Of a DNA stretch of 62,785 bases, positions 44,235-52,381 are shown in pieces. The translations under genes were made by a program, and so were the position numbers. Below the pieces are notes generated by a model that saw only the letters and a program-made list of their open reading frames with translations, had not been told where the DNA came from and did not search any database. The number at the start of each line of letters is the position of its first letter. Within the stretch, counting starts at the first letter, position 1. Origin of the DNA: a virus (Duplodnaviria > Caudoviricetes); IMG/VR virus record IMGVR_UViG_3300035128_000038, positions 1-62,785 of that record, one strand, 5' to 3'.

Positions 44235-46198
44235 TGGGATAACCGTTTTTTTTTGCGTAGCCGGTACATCTGCCAGACCGGCAGTACGTTATGACCAACG
44301 GCCAAGTGCTGGGCTACCTTTTCAAAGCCTATCCGGTCCAGTTCGTTTTCTAACTGCACGGTAGTTATGCTGTCTTCCCCGTTCAGGAACATGGTGCCCC
44401 CGTCCCATTTCTGATAAAACTGGAAATGCGCCTCCCCGCCCTCTTTAATCAGGCTGTGCACTACCTCGAAATATCTCTTGGCTTGCCACCAGGGCAGGTG
44501 CATCCACACGGCCACGGAGTACACCAGGTCGGCCATGGGCAGGTTGGGGATTCCGTTCGGCACCAGGTTCACCAGCCTATATTTGTCCTCCGGAACCCCG
44601 ATTTCTTGAAAACTGTGCTCCACCATGTCGATAAGGCCCTGATCCACCTCGAAGCCCACGGCCAGCTTGGCGCCGTTGATGATACAGTCCAGCAGGTATT
44701 CCCCCTTGCCACAGCCGAAGTCGAAAACCACCTTGTCCCGGGGGTCGAACTTGAACAGGGACATCCGGTGTTCAGGGTCTTTCTGGGCAGTAATCCAGAC
44801 GGCTCGATTTACCTCTAAGATTTCATCCTCAGTCCCATGATAAGCGTTCTGGTGCTTGTCAGACCACTCTTTCAGAACCCTACTATCAAACAATGGATAT
44901 GGCGGCTCATCCGGTATCTGGTCATAGGTCTGGAGACTGGAAATAGGACGAGGTTGAGGTTCCGTCCAGATGTCCGGGGGCAGGGTCCCGGGAGGGTACT
45001 TGTCGTCGGCCAGATGGTAGCAGGCACAGGCTGACTCGTTCAGTATCCAGTTCCGTTTGGCGTTGGCCTCAAGTTGGGATTTGTCGAAGGTATGGGCCCC
45101 GATCTTGACCATCATCTTCTTGTAATCCCAATACCCGTAGTGAATCACGCCGAAGGGTGCCTCCCGGGTGGTCTCCGGGGTGATATGGGCGGGATAAAGG
45201 CGCAGGTGGACCCCATGCTTGACCTCAATCTTGATGTCCGGCATTACCCGCCACAGGCGCACGAAGCGTGCCCGGGTAAATAGAGAGTCGGTTCTCACCC
45301 ACGTCTGGGACCGCCAGAGGTTAAGCTCAGGAAAACCGAAGGCATCCACCCCGTCAGGCCAGTGGTTGCAGAGAGAGCGCAGGCCCCCCATGGTGCCCCG
45401 GCGGTCAAGAACCTCATCGCAATCCAGCCAGAAAAGATGTGTGGCGCCTAATTCCAGCCCTTTTTCCAATAGCCTTTGCTTGTGCGCCAACTCGTTCATC
45501 TGGTCATTTTTCATGCCCTTAATGACATGGACGCCCGGGTAACTCTCAGCCACCTTTACAGAATTATCGGTGGAACCGTCGTCCCAGACAACGATATGAT
45601 CGCAGTAGCGGTATAGGTTATCCAGACATCGGTCCAGGTTGCCCTTTTCCACCTCGTTATACATGCAGACCTGACCCACCAGGACCACGTTGTCGGCCCT
45701 GGCCCTTTCCCAATACCCAAAAAAGCACATATAGGCCGACGGGAGGATCACCCGTTTAAAGTCAAAGCCGAAGTCCCGTACCGTCCAGAGACATTTGTGC
45801 AGGACATGGGGGTTGCCATGATAAAAGCCCTCGGGGTCGTTATGCGCGTCAAGATTCTCGTCCCAATACAGGGGCGTGAAGGCAATAACCGCCCTCTTGG
45901 CGATGTGCTTGGCTTGGGCCAGAATCTTCCGGGAACGTGGCTTGTCCAAGTGCTCTAGCACGTCAATCAGGAGTACCACGTCGAACTCCCGGTCGGTAGG
46001 CAGATCGGTGTCATTCAGGTCACAAAGATAATCCGGTTCTGCCGGCGGCCACACGTCCAGGGAATGATAGGAAGCTCCCCCCACCTTCCGGTAACGCCCG
46101 TCTCCGGAGCCCACGTCAAGAATCCTGTCAGTAGGCTTGATATACTTTCTCAGCCACTCCAGGACATGCGGTTCCGGCTGGTAGAAGGGTTTAACCAT
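44225..46198 (-). CDS. Methyltransferase-GT2 glycosyltransferase-methyltransferase fusion
   Basis: LDVGSGDG/DVLEH; YNE, DDGSTD, LDCDE, HYGY; FDFGCGKG, SVAVWMH. Confidence 0.88.
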   Translation of the reverse strand: MVKPFYQPEPHVLEWLRKYIKPTDRILDVGSGDGRYRKVGGASYHSLDVWPPAEPDYLCDLNDTDLPTDREFDVVLLIDVLEHLDKPRSRKILAQAKHIAKRAVIAFTPLYWDENLDAHNDPEGFYHGNPHVLHKCLWTVRDFGFDFKRVILPSAYMCFFGYWERARADNVVLVGQVCMYNEVEKGNLDRCLDNLYRYCDHIVVWDDGSTDNSVKVAESYPGVHVIKGMKNDQMNELAHKQRLLEKGLELGATHLFWLDCDEVLDRRGTMGGLRSLCNHWPDGVDAFGFPELNLWRSQTWVRTDSLFTRARFVRLWRVMPDIKIEVKHGVHLRLYPAHITPETTREAPFGVIHYGYWDYKKMMVKIGAHTFDKSQLEANAKRNWILNESACACYHLADDKYPPGTLPPDIWTEPQPRPISSLQTYDQIPDEPPYPLFDSRVLKEWSDKHQNAYHGTEDEILEVNRAVWITAQKDPEHRMSLFKFDPRDKVVFDFGCGKGEYLLDCIINGAKLAVGFEVDQGLIDMVEHSFQEIGVPEDKYRLVNLVPNGIPNLPMADLVYSVAVWMHLPWWQAKRYFEVVHSLIKEGGEAHFQFYQKWDGGTMFLNGEDSITTVQLENELDRIGFEKVAQHLAVGHNVLPVWQMYRLRKKKRLSHGQ

Positions 46199-46592
46199 GC
46201 AAAAAGTTCTCTTTAAAGTCTTCTAAAAACGTTTGGAACATGGACAATTTGTTGTTTGTTTCTAATTCATAAGATACCTTTGTTGCATTAACTTTTTTAC
46301 CAAATTTATTAATATTTTTCTCAATAATGTTCTTTATCTCATCGCTTACATCATATATTGTTACTCTGATTGCTTTTTTACCAAAGAATGTCCCAAAATA
46401 ACTTGGTATAATAGAAAGTATCTTAATTCTTCCGGCTCGAACCCCAAAAAAATCGCCGGACAAACCATCTGGTTCGTAATATTTAATTTTTATTTCTTTA
46501 TTATAAAATGGTTGCAGTTCTTTTTTTAAATTTAAAAGACATTTTTCAAAGTCAAATACATTATGCTTTTTGTCTTTTAATATAATTTCCAT
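46191..46592 (-). CDS. Very AT-rich hypothetical protein
   Basis: Lys/Ile/Phe-rich ORF coupled to both neighbours. Confidence 0.55.
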   Translation of the reverse strand: MEIILKDKKHNVFDFEKCLLNLKKELQPFYNKEIKIKYYEPDGLSGDFFGVRAGRIKILSIIPSYFGTFFGKKAIRVTIYDVSDEIKNIIEKNINKFGKKVNATKVSYELETNNKLSMFQTFLEDFKENFLHG

Positions 46593-46594
46593 GT

Positions 46595-47572
46595 TTACAC
46601 AAACCTTTCATGATTTAGCGGCAAGGACATCAACTCCAAAGCCCCATTGTAGTTGTCGTAATAGCAGCGGACACAATCCAGACCACAGAAATAAGTCTGT
46701 TTTTCCCAGATGTAGCCAATATCCTCCAGCCAGCCCATACGCATAGAAGAAACGTAGTCCCTTCCGGGCGTGTTTTGGGCATACTGCACGCCGCAACAGG
46801 GGTAAATGCCCCCGTCAGCCCCCACGACTGGCTTGAGAAGGCTTATTCGACAGTCCCGGCGACCGTGGACGTACTCGGCTCGGCTCTGGTAGATTACCTT
46901 CGAGTCATCAATACTGTATCTGTTTAGCTTTATTTTGGCTTCGTGGACCTTATGGGCCGCCTGGTTGATGTCCAGGATGTCGCCCACCAGTCTCACATGG
47001 GTAAAGGCTTTATGGAAATTGGCGAATCTCACTAGGTCCTCGATGTAGTCCCATCTCGGCTTTCTGGTCACCACATGGGAAAAGGCCCAATCCACATCAG
47101 ACCCTACATCCACAGCCCACTTGATACTCTGCCAATCTGGTTCCCGGTCGTCGCTGGAGGAAATGCGGCACCAGGTAAGGTGCCGGTACACATCATCATT
47201 CAGTTTTAGGAATTGGGTGCCATTGGTCACCAGACCCACTTTAATGCCCATGTCCTCTGCCAGCCAGGGGATTAAAGAGTTGATATAGGGATAGAGCAAA
47301 GGCTCCCCGCCGCCGGTGATGGTTACGGACTTGCACCCCAAGTCCATAAATTTTTCCATGGCAACAGTCAGGCGGTCAGGGTCAAGTTCAAGATTCTTGT
47401 CCCGCTCCGAACAGGAACAAAAGTCACAGTTTAGGTTGCACCGATTCGTCGGGTTCAGTTGAACATGAACGGGCGGGATAAACCCGCCCTTGATTCGCCT
47501 CACCAGGTCGGCGGCCTGGAGGAGTTTGGCCGGCAGGGTGTTGGCCGCGGTGTAAGAGGTTAAATCGTTCAT
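46595..47572 (-). CDS. Radical SAM enzyme with SPASM/Twitch-like C-terminus
   Basis: CNLNCDFC, TGGGEP, TNG, DG.IYPCC, CVRC. Confidence 0.92.
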   Translation of the reverse strand: MNDLTSYTAANTLPAKLLQAADLVRRIKGGFIPPVHVQLNPTNRCNLNCDFCSCSERDKNLELDPDRLTVAMEKFMDLGCKSVTITGGGEPLLYPYINSLIPWLAEDMGIKVGLVTNGTQFLKLNDDVYRHLTWCRISSSDDREPDWQSIKWAVDVGSDVDWAFSHVVTRKPRWDYIEDLVRFANFHKAFTHVRLVGDILDINQAAHKVHEAKIKLNRYSIDDSKVIYQSRAEYVHGRRDCRISLLKPVVGADGGIYPCCGVQYAQNTPGRDYVSSMRMGWLEDIGYIWEKQTYFCGLDCVRCYYDNYNGALELMSLPLNHERFV

Positions 47573-48141
47573 CCGTACAGCCTCTTGGCCTTTCTGGACA
47601 GTTGACGGTGAAGAATTATGGGAACCTCGTCACGCCCTTTGAGGTCGAAGATCCTCACATACTCGAAGGGCAGGCGCTCGTAAAGCAAACCGTTGTTCAT
47701 CAGTTTTTCGATGGCCCACCCCAGGGCCCGTTGCTCTTTCCGGGGGCTGGGGTCGTCATGGTCGTGAATCCGTTTTACCCAGAGGTCCAGGAGTTTCCGG
47801 GTCTGGTGATTGTTGGCCAGATAAACCGTGCCTGACAGGTATTCCCGCTTTTTCTCCAGGTAGCCGGTGGCCACATCCGCGGTCATGTCCATCAAAAGCT
47901 CCGGGTAAGCCTGAATTTCAGCGTCGGCGTCCACCCACACCAGCGGGCGGTCCCGGTATTTGTCCAGCATCTTCTTGATAAAGATGGGCTTGAACAACGT
48001 GTTCTCCCGCCAGTCACCCAGGGGTTGATATTCCCTGATTTCATAGGACAGATTGAAGCGGTCCAGGCTGGCCTTGAGCCACAGGGCGGCATCCCGATAA
48101 AGCTGGTCGGGGGTGAAGCATGAGACAAACACCGGCTTCAT
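47569..48141 (-). CDS. Nucleotide-diphospho-sugar transferase (GT-A, DAD motif)
   Basis: W..N..FKP.FI, VWVDADA, SGTVYL, EQ..L, LP.EY. Confidence 0.8.
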   Translation of the reverse strand: MKPVFVSCFTPDQLYRDAALWLKASLDRFNLSYEIREYQPLGDWRENTLFKPIFIKKMLDKYRDRPLVWVDADAEIQAYPELLMDMTADVATGYLEKKREYLSGTVYLANNHQTRKLLDLWVKRIHDHDDPSPRKEQRALGWAIEKLMNNGLLYERLPFEYVRIFDLKGRDEVPIILHRQLSRKAKRLYG

Positions 48142-48722
48142 GGCGCCCCCAACAAAACACGGGTGCGGCCGCTCAGACTTTTCACCTTGTCTTGGAACAC
48201 AATTTGAGCCCTTTCCCACTCCCTGAGCACCATGTCCTTGCCGAACTGCGTATGACGGCGCCAGGGAGGATCGAAATATCTCGGGGTGTCGGTACAGGGG
48301 ACCCCGGCCAGGACAATGCGGTCATACCCCATGAGCAAACCCACCAGGACCCCAAAGAGGCCGGAATTTCCCCCACTCCGGTGGATAGGCCACGCATGCG
48401 TTACGCCAGGGCGGTCCCCCCGGTTGGAATGGACTTCCATCGGTTTCCAGCCGTTGTTCTTGGCCTGGTAGGACTGGAAGAATCCCCACCCCGGCAGTTT
48501 CTCCGGATGCAGGGTGATCCCGTAATCCAGACGCTTGCCCCAGGGCCAGTGCATCATCAGGTCATTGATGGCCATGAGTTCAAACTCCTTCGGCTCAACT
48601 TCGGCCAGGTCGCTCCAGATACATTCGGCAGTACCCAGGATAAGGAGTTGTTGCCCGGTCTTAGTTCCCACCAAGTTAGGCAAATCCCCCTTGGGCTGCA
48701 CATACCGAAGCAGTTCTTTCAT
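48138..48722 (-). CDS. Maf/DUF115/sialyltransferase-fold-like transferase
   Basis: ILG.A, MAIN, SGLFG.LVGLLMGYDRIVLAGVP, VKSLSGRT. Confidence 0.5.
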   Translation of the reverse strand: MKELLRYVQPKGDLPNLVGTKTGQQLLILGTAECIWSDLAEVEPKEFELMAINDLMMHWPWGKRLDYGITLHPEKLPGWGFFQSYQAKNNGWKPMEVHSNRGDRPGVTHAWPIHRSGGNSGLFGVLVGLLMGYDRIVLAGVPCTDTPRYFDPPWRRHTQFGKDMVLREWERAQIVFQDKVKSLSGRTRVLLGAP

Positions 48723-48784
48723 GGCTTTATAAATGGTTCACGCAGGGGCGGGGCCTGCGTAAAAAAATTACCCGCCCCGCGTGG

Positions 48785-49042
48785 TTAGTCGAAGCCGATT
48801 GCAAACAACCGATGCTTCTTGCTGGATGTGGGTGCCGTTCCATAGGTGGCAGTACCACCAGACCATGTAATGGCCGGGTTGTAGCCGTCGGTTTCATCCT
48901 CGTTGCCAACCCAATGAGCCACCACATGCTTGAGCGGAATGGCTACGGTGGTGTCTCCTCCCACGGTGCCAGTAATTGTGCAGACGTAACCCTGCATATT
49001 ATCCCACCTGAAGGAGTGCCCATTTGTCTTGGTCAAGGCCAT
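48785..49042 (-). CDS. Small virion-associated protein
   Basis: AGGAGG RBS; follows the capsid genes. Confidence 0.65.
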   Translation of the reverse strand: MALTKTNGHSFRWDNMQGYVCTITGTVGGDTTVAIPLKHVVAHWVGNEDETDGYNPAITWSGGTATYGTAPTSSKKHRLFAIGFD

Positions 49043-49055
49043 GGTTGCACCTCCT

Positions 49056-49568
49056 TTAGGTCAGGAAGTTGGTGAGGTCGGGCAACTGAAACCACCGGAT
49101 ATACAGAATGCCCACGAAGGTATCGCTACCCGCGCTGCAGGTGTAGTCGATGGACGTGCAGGTGCCGTCGGTCAGTTTGGGCATGATGATGGGGGCGGCC
49201 CCGTCGTCTTCCAGGTCGCTGCCGTCATCGCCCTGATAGAAAAATGCTCCCAGGGTCCGGGCGCTGACATAGTTCTGTTGAGACCCGGCGGTCACGGTAA
49301 AGGCCGGGACCACCCAGCCGGTGGAGGCGATGCTTACGCCTACCAGCAGTCCGTCAGCGTCATACCCAGACTCAGTGCCATTGCCCATACCGACATTCAA
49401 GGTCTCCCCGGAATCGGCCGTTTGGACATAGACCGCAATCGTAAACGGGTCGATCAGACAATTAGCCGGAATATCTACGCCGGTGTCGGTCTGGGAGTTG
49501 TCGTTATAGATGAGCTTGATAATCTTCTCAGTCCACTCAAAGCCGTTTAAACAGGCCTGTGTCGTCAT
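49056..49568 (-). CDS. Putative capsid decoration/cement protein
   Basis: Beta-rich; immediately after the capsid gene; AGGAG RBS. Confidence 0.55.
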   Translation of the reverse strand: MTTQACLNGFEWTEKIIKLIYNDNSQTDTGVDIPANCLIDPFTIAVYVQTADSGETLNVGMGNGTESGYDADGLLVGVSIASTGWVVPAFTVTAGSQQNYVSARTLGAFFYQGDDGSDLEDDGAAPIIMPKLTDGTCTSIDYTCSAGSDTFVGILYIRWFQLPDLTNFLT

Positions 49569-49595
49569 GTTATCGTTCTCCTCGGCCCTGGGCCT

Positions 49596-50534
49596 TTAGG
49601 TGGTCAGGTTGTAGTGCCGGCCCTGGGCCTTGCGGCGGGTGCAGCAATACTGGCCGACCCAGATGAAGTTGCAGATCATCTTTTCGATCTGGTCTACCTT
49701 TTCCCGCCATTTCGTCCGCCGGAAGTTGTACTTGGTGTGGGTGTAAAAGCCGATGTAGTTCTCGTTGAACGCGTACATGTAGCCGGAGGGACAATAGTAG
49801 TCGCTGACTACGGGGACGCCCTCGACGTACACGTTCTTGAAACCCACATCCGCCATCTTGGCGTCTTCGTAAATCTGGCCGGGGATGAGCTGGCTCTTTA
49901 CGAAGCCGAACAGGGTCCTGGTGGTGGTGATGAGGGACACCTGGCCTTCCATGCCGTCCCCCACCTGCTGGGCAATCATCTGATCACGAATGAGGCCAAC
50001 GGTCAGCGGCTCACTGGTACTATCGTTGAGACCACAAATCCACTCACTCATGTCATCGGGGTCCACCTCGCCGTACTCGCTGGTGGTGGAGCAGATGGCC
50101 GGCAGGCCCAGGATGCCCCGGCCAGTGGCGCCGTAGGTGCTGTTGTTGTAAAGATCGTAGGCCATCCCTTCCCGCATGAGCTTGGGGGCTTTCATAACCC
50201 GGGACTCGATGGTGTCCACGATCTGTTGCTTGCCGGAATTGAGGGCAAAGTCGTCGATGTCCACTACCACCGGCTCTTCGTAGTAACCAACCTCGAAGTA
50301 AGCCGCGGTGGCGAACTCGTACTTGTTGGTGTCCGTGGTGGACAGGGCGTTGAAGGCCCCGCCCTTCCGGTTGCCGTAATCGAGCAAGGCCCGAATCTTC
50401 TTACCGCCGTCGTACTTCTTGGATTTGTCCATTTGGCGATAAAGAAGCACGTTACCCAGCAACACCTGGTCGTAAAGCACGGGGTCAATGTAATCGTGGG
50501 TAAGGGCCTCGATTGTCGTAACGTCAAGGGCCAT
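49596..50534 (-). CDS. Major capsid protein
   Basis: 312 aa after the scaffold; N.G..QIVD, GILGL, GF.N....GVPVVSD..CP.GYMY..N pattern; strong codon bias. Confidence 0.85.
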   Translation of the reverse strand: MALDVTTIEALTHDYIDPVLYDQVLLGNVLLYRQMDKSKKYDGGKKIRALLDYGNRKGGAFNALSTTDTNKYEFATAAYFEVGYYEEPVVVDIDDFALNSGKQQIVDTIESRVMKAPKLMREGMAYDLYNNSTYGATGRGILGLPAICSTTSEYGEVDPDDMSEWICGLNDSTSEPLTVGLIRDQMIAQQVGDGMEGQVSLITTTRTLFGFVKSQLIPGQIYEDAKMADVGFKNVYVEGVPVVSDYYCPSGYMYAFNENYIGFYTHTKYNFRRTKWREKVDQIEKMICNFIWVGQYCCTRRKAQGRHYNLTT

Positions 50535-50558
50535 AATTTACACTCCTTGGACCCCCTT

Positions 50559-51443
50559 TTAGAGGTCCGCTAAACGTGGATCGGCCGCCATGGCCGCCCG
50601 GCGCTCTTCGGAAGAACCCAACTTCTTGGGACCACCCTTATTTGTCGGCGCTGGAGAACGTCCTGACGGCCCTATGCCCCGGAGCGTCATGCCCCGGGTT
50701 TGAGCGTCTTTGGTAGCTTTGGCGGCTCCTGCTTTGAAACCAGCCGCTTCGGCAGCTTTTACCTGGGCTTCCAACTCACCGATGCGGTTGGTCATCTGCC
50801 CGAGTTTCATTTCCAAGGCAGCCTCTCCAGGGGTGTAGAACGGATTGGCCTCCATAAACTTCTGGAGGCTGCCGTCCTGTAAGAACTGGTTAAATTCAGG
50901 GTGTTTTTCCACGAACTGGCTGGAAGCACGTTCCTGAGCCTGTTCCTGCTGGAACTGAGGCAGGACGTTTTGCTGGGCGATGCCCTGAATCAGTTGCACC
51001 AGAGAACCGCCCAGGTTCCCCAGGGCTTCACCGTCTCCAGATTCAACCGCCTCTTTCAGGGTGCTGATGATGTTGTTGCCCAACTCCTGAATGGGGCCGG
51101 GACCTTCCTGGCCGGCCTGGGGCTGCGGTCCCTGTGGCGGTTGTGGCTGCCTCTGCGCCGCTTCCAACTTGGCGTTGAGGTCCTGAATCTGCTGTTGCAG
51201 GTTCGGAAGCTGTTGGGCCGCCTGGAAATTGTCAATGATGTCCTGGCCGGTGAGCTTGCGAACATCGTCGCCTTCGCCCAACTCGTACAGTTCTCTTGAC
51301 AGGTCGAGGTCTTCTGTTTGGGGTTCCGGACCTCCCGGACCCTCCGTCGCTGCGGCAGTCTCGCCACCGTCTTGGGGTACGTCGCCACCAGGAGCGTTGA
51401 TGGTGACATCCTCGCCAGTGCTTTCTATGGAATCTGTGGTCAT
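50559..51443 (-). CDS. Capsid scaffolding protein
   Basis: Acidic disordered N-terminus, coiled coils, F..KHPEF; position between portal and capsid. Confidence 0.75.
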   Translation of the reverse strand: MTTDSIESTGEDVTINAPGGDVPQDGGETAAATEGPGGPEPQTEDLDLSRELYELGEGDDVRKLTGQDIIDNFQAAQQLPNLQQQIQDLNAKLEAAQRQPQPPQGPQPQAGQEGPGPIQELGNNIISTLKEAVESGDGEALGNLGGSLVQLIQGIAQQNVLPQFQQEQAQERASSQFVEKHPEFNQFLQDGSLQKFMEANPFYTPGEAALEMKLGQMTNRIGELEAQVKAAEAAGFKAGAAKATKDAQTRGMTLRGIGPSGRSPAPTNKGGPKKLGSSEERRAAMAADPRLADL

Positions 51444-51476
51444 GCGATGCTTCTCCTTTCCTTGCTGGCTTGAAAT

Positions 51477-51517
51477 AAAAAAAGGCCGGTGGGGCGTCGC
51501 CGCCCTGCCGACCTTCT
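51477..51517 (-). terminator. Terminator-like hairpin between the com-like gene and scaffold
   Basis: AAGGTCGG..GGG-loop-CCC..CCGGCCTT followed by a T-run. Confidence 0.55.
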
Positions 51518-51547
51518 TGAGGTTCCATGTTGCGCTAAATTGTCAGG

Positions 51548-51754
51548 TTATTTCGGAATAAAACTCCTTTTGCGTCCTTCAAAGACGTTGATGCCCTTGC
51601 AATCCCGGTTTTTACACTGAATAGAGACGTATTCCGTGGTTATTTCCCCAAAAAAGAGCAACTTGCCACACCCCAGGCACTCCGTCCGGTGCGATAAATT
51701 CGCCTTCGGATGAATCATGGCTAGGGGTGTCTGGGCTTTCTGGGTCAATTCCAA
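51548..51754 (-). CDS. Mu Com-like zinc-finger regulator
   Basis: C..CGKLLF.......IQC....C...N. Confidence 0.7.
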   Translation of the reverse strand: MELTQKAQTPLAMIHPKANLSHRTECLGCGKLLFFGEITTEYVSIQCKNRDCKGINVFEGRKRSFIPK

Positions 51755-51758
51755 AAAT

Positions 51759-52070
51759 CTATACCTCGGACAGGTTGACGCCCCTGTCTGCCGGCCTCAG
51801 TCCTTTGTCTTTGACGTACTGGTTAAATTGCGTCCGGCTCTCAATGGGCTTGACGCCGATTTTATGCTCCATGGACACGGTTTTAGCGGCTTCTGGGAGC
51901 CAGGAGACATCCGTGATACTGTCACATTCCACCACAACAGGGGTGATGATCTGCTTCATTTTCCCATTGCCACACGATTCACAGGGCAAAAGGTTGGGGC
52001 GTTCGGCAATCTTGCAAAAAATGTCCTTTTGAGACCCGCACTCCTGGCACTCGTAAACGTAGGTGGGCAT
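51759..52070 (-). CDS. FmdB-family zinc-ribbon protein
   Basis: MPTYVYECQECG...CESCG. Confidence 0.85.
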   Translation of the reverse strand: MPTYVYECQECGSQKDIFCKIAERPNLLPCESCGNGKMKQIITPVVVECDSITDVSWLPEAAKTVSMEHKIGVKPIESRTQFNQYVKDKGLRPADRGVNLSEV

Positions 52071-52381
52071 TACCCCCTCCCAAACTGCGCCACCGCGGCA
52101 CCAGTGGCCTTGTGGACCCTGCTTTCCTCTTCCACCAAATCGTCCGGCAATTTCTTGGTGGCCAGGGTATAAGCCGCTTTACTGAGAATCAGCATAGACA
52201 GCTTGAGGTTGAGGGGATGGGATATTTTCAAGCCAATCCCGTCCGGCTGGTTGGGGTCAAAGATGGCCTCAATCGCCATCTTGGCGATGGTCTGTCCCGG
52301 TTGGGGCATGGCCTGATTATTTTGTCCGTTCCCGTTCACCTTCTGCTCCTTTCTCTGCCTTTTGGCTGCCTTGTGGCTCAA
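52070..52381 (-). CDS. Hypothetical protein
   Basis: Coupled to the portal stop and the FmdB start. Confidence 0.6.
   Translation of the reverse strand: MSHKAAKRQRKEQKVNGNGQNNQAMPQPGQTIAKMAIEAIFDPNQPDGIGLKISHPLNLKLSMLILSKAAYTLATKKLPDDLVEEESRVHKATGAAVAQFGRG

Noticed and set aside
40471-48722. DNA hypermodification or O-antigen conversion locus
   Set aside because: Not near replication genes; no base hydroxymethylase, kinase or phage polymerase; no membrane Gtr components; disfavoured but not disproved
48740-48780. Terminator between capsid genes and the modification cluster
   Set aside because: On the coding strand the T-run precedes the ACGCAGG/CCTGCGT hairpin rather than following it
49614-50573. 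319-aa plus-strand ORF opposite the capsid gene
   Set aside because: Antisense shadow caused by strong codon bias; the same applies to most plus-strand ORFs between 11.5 and 61 kb
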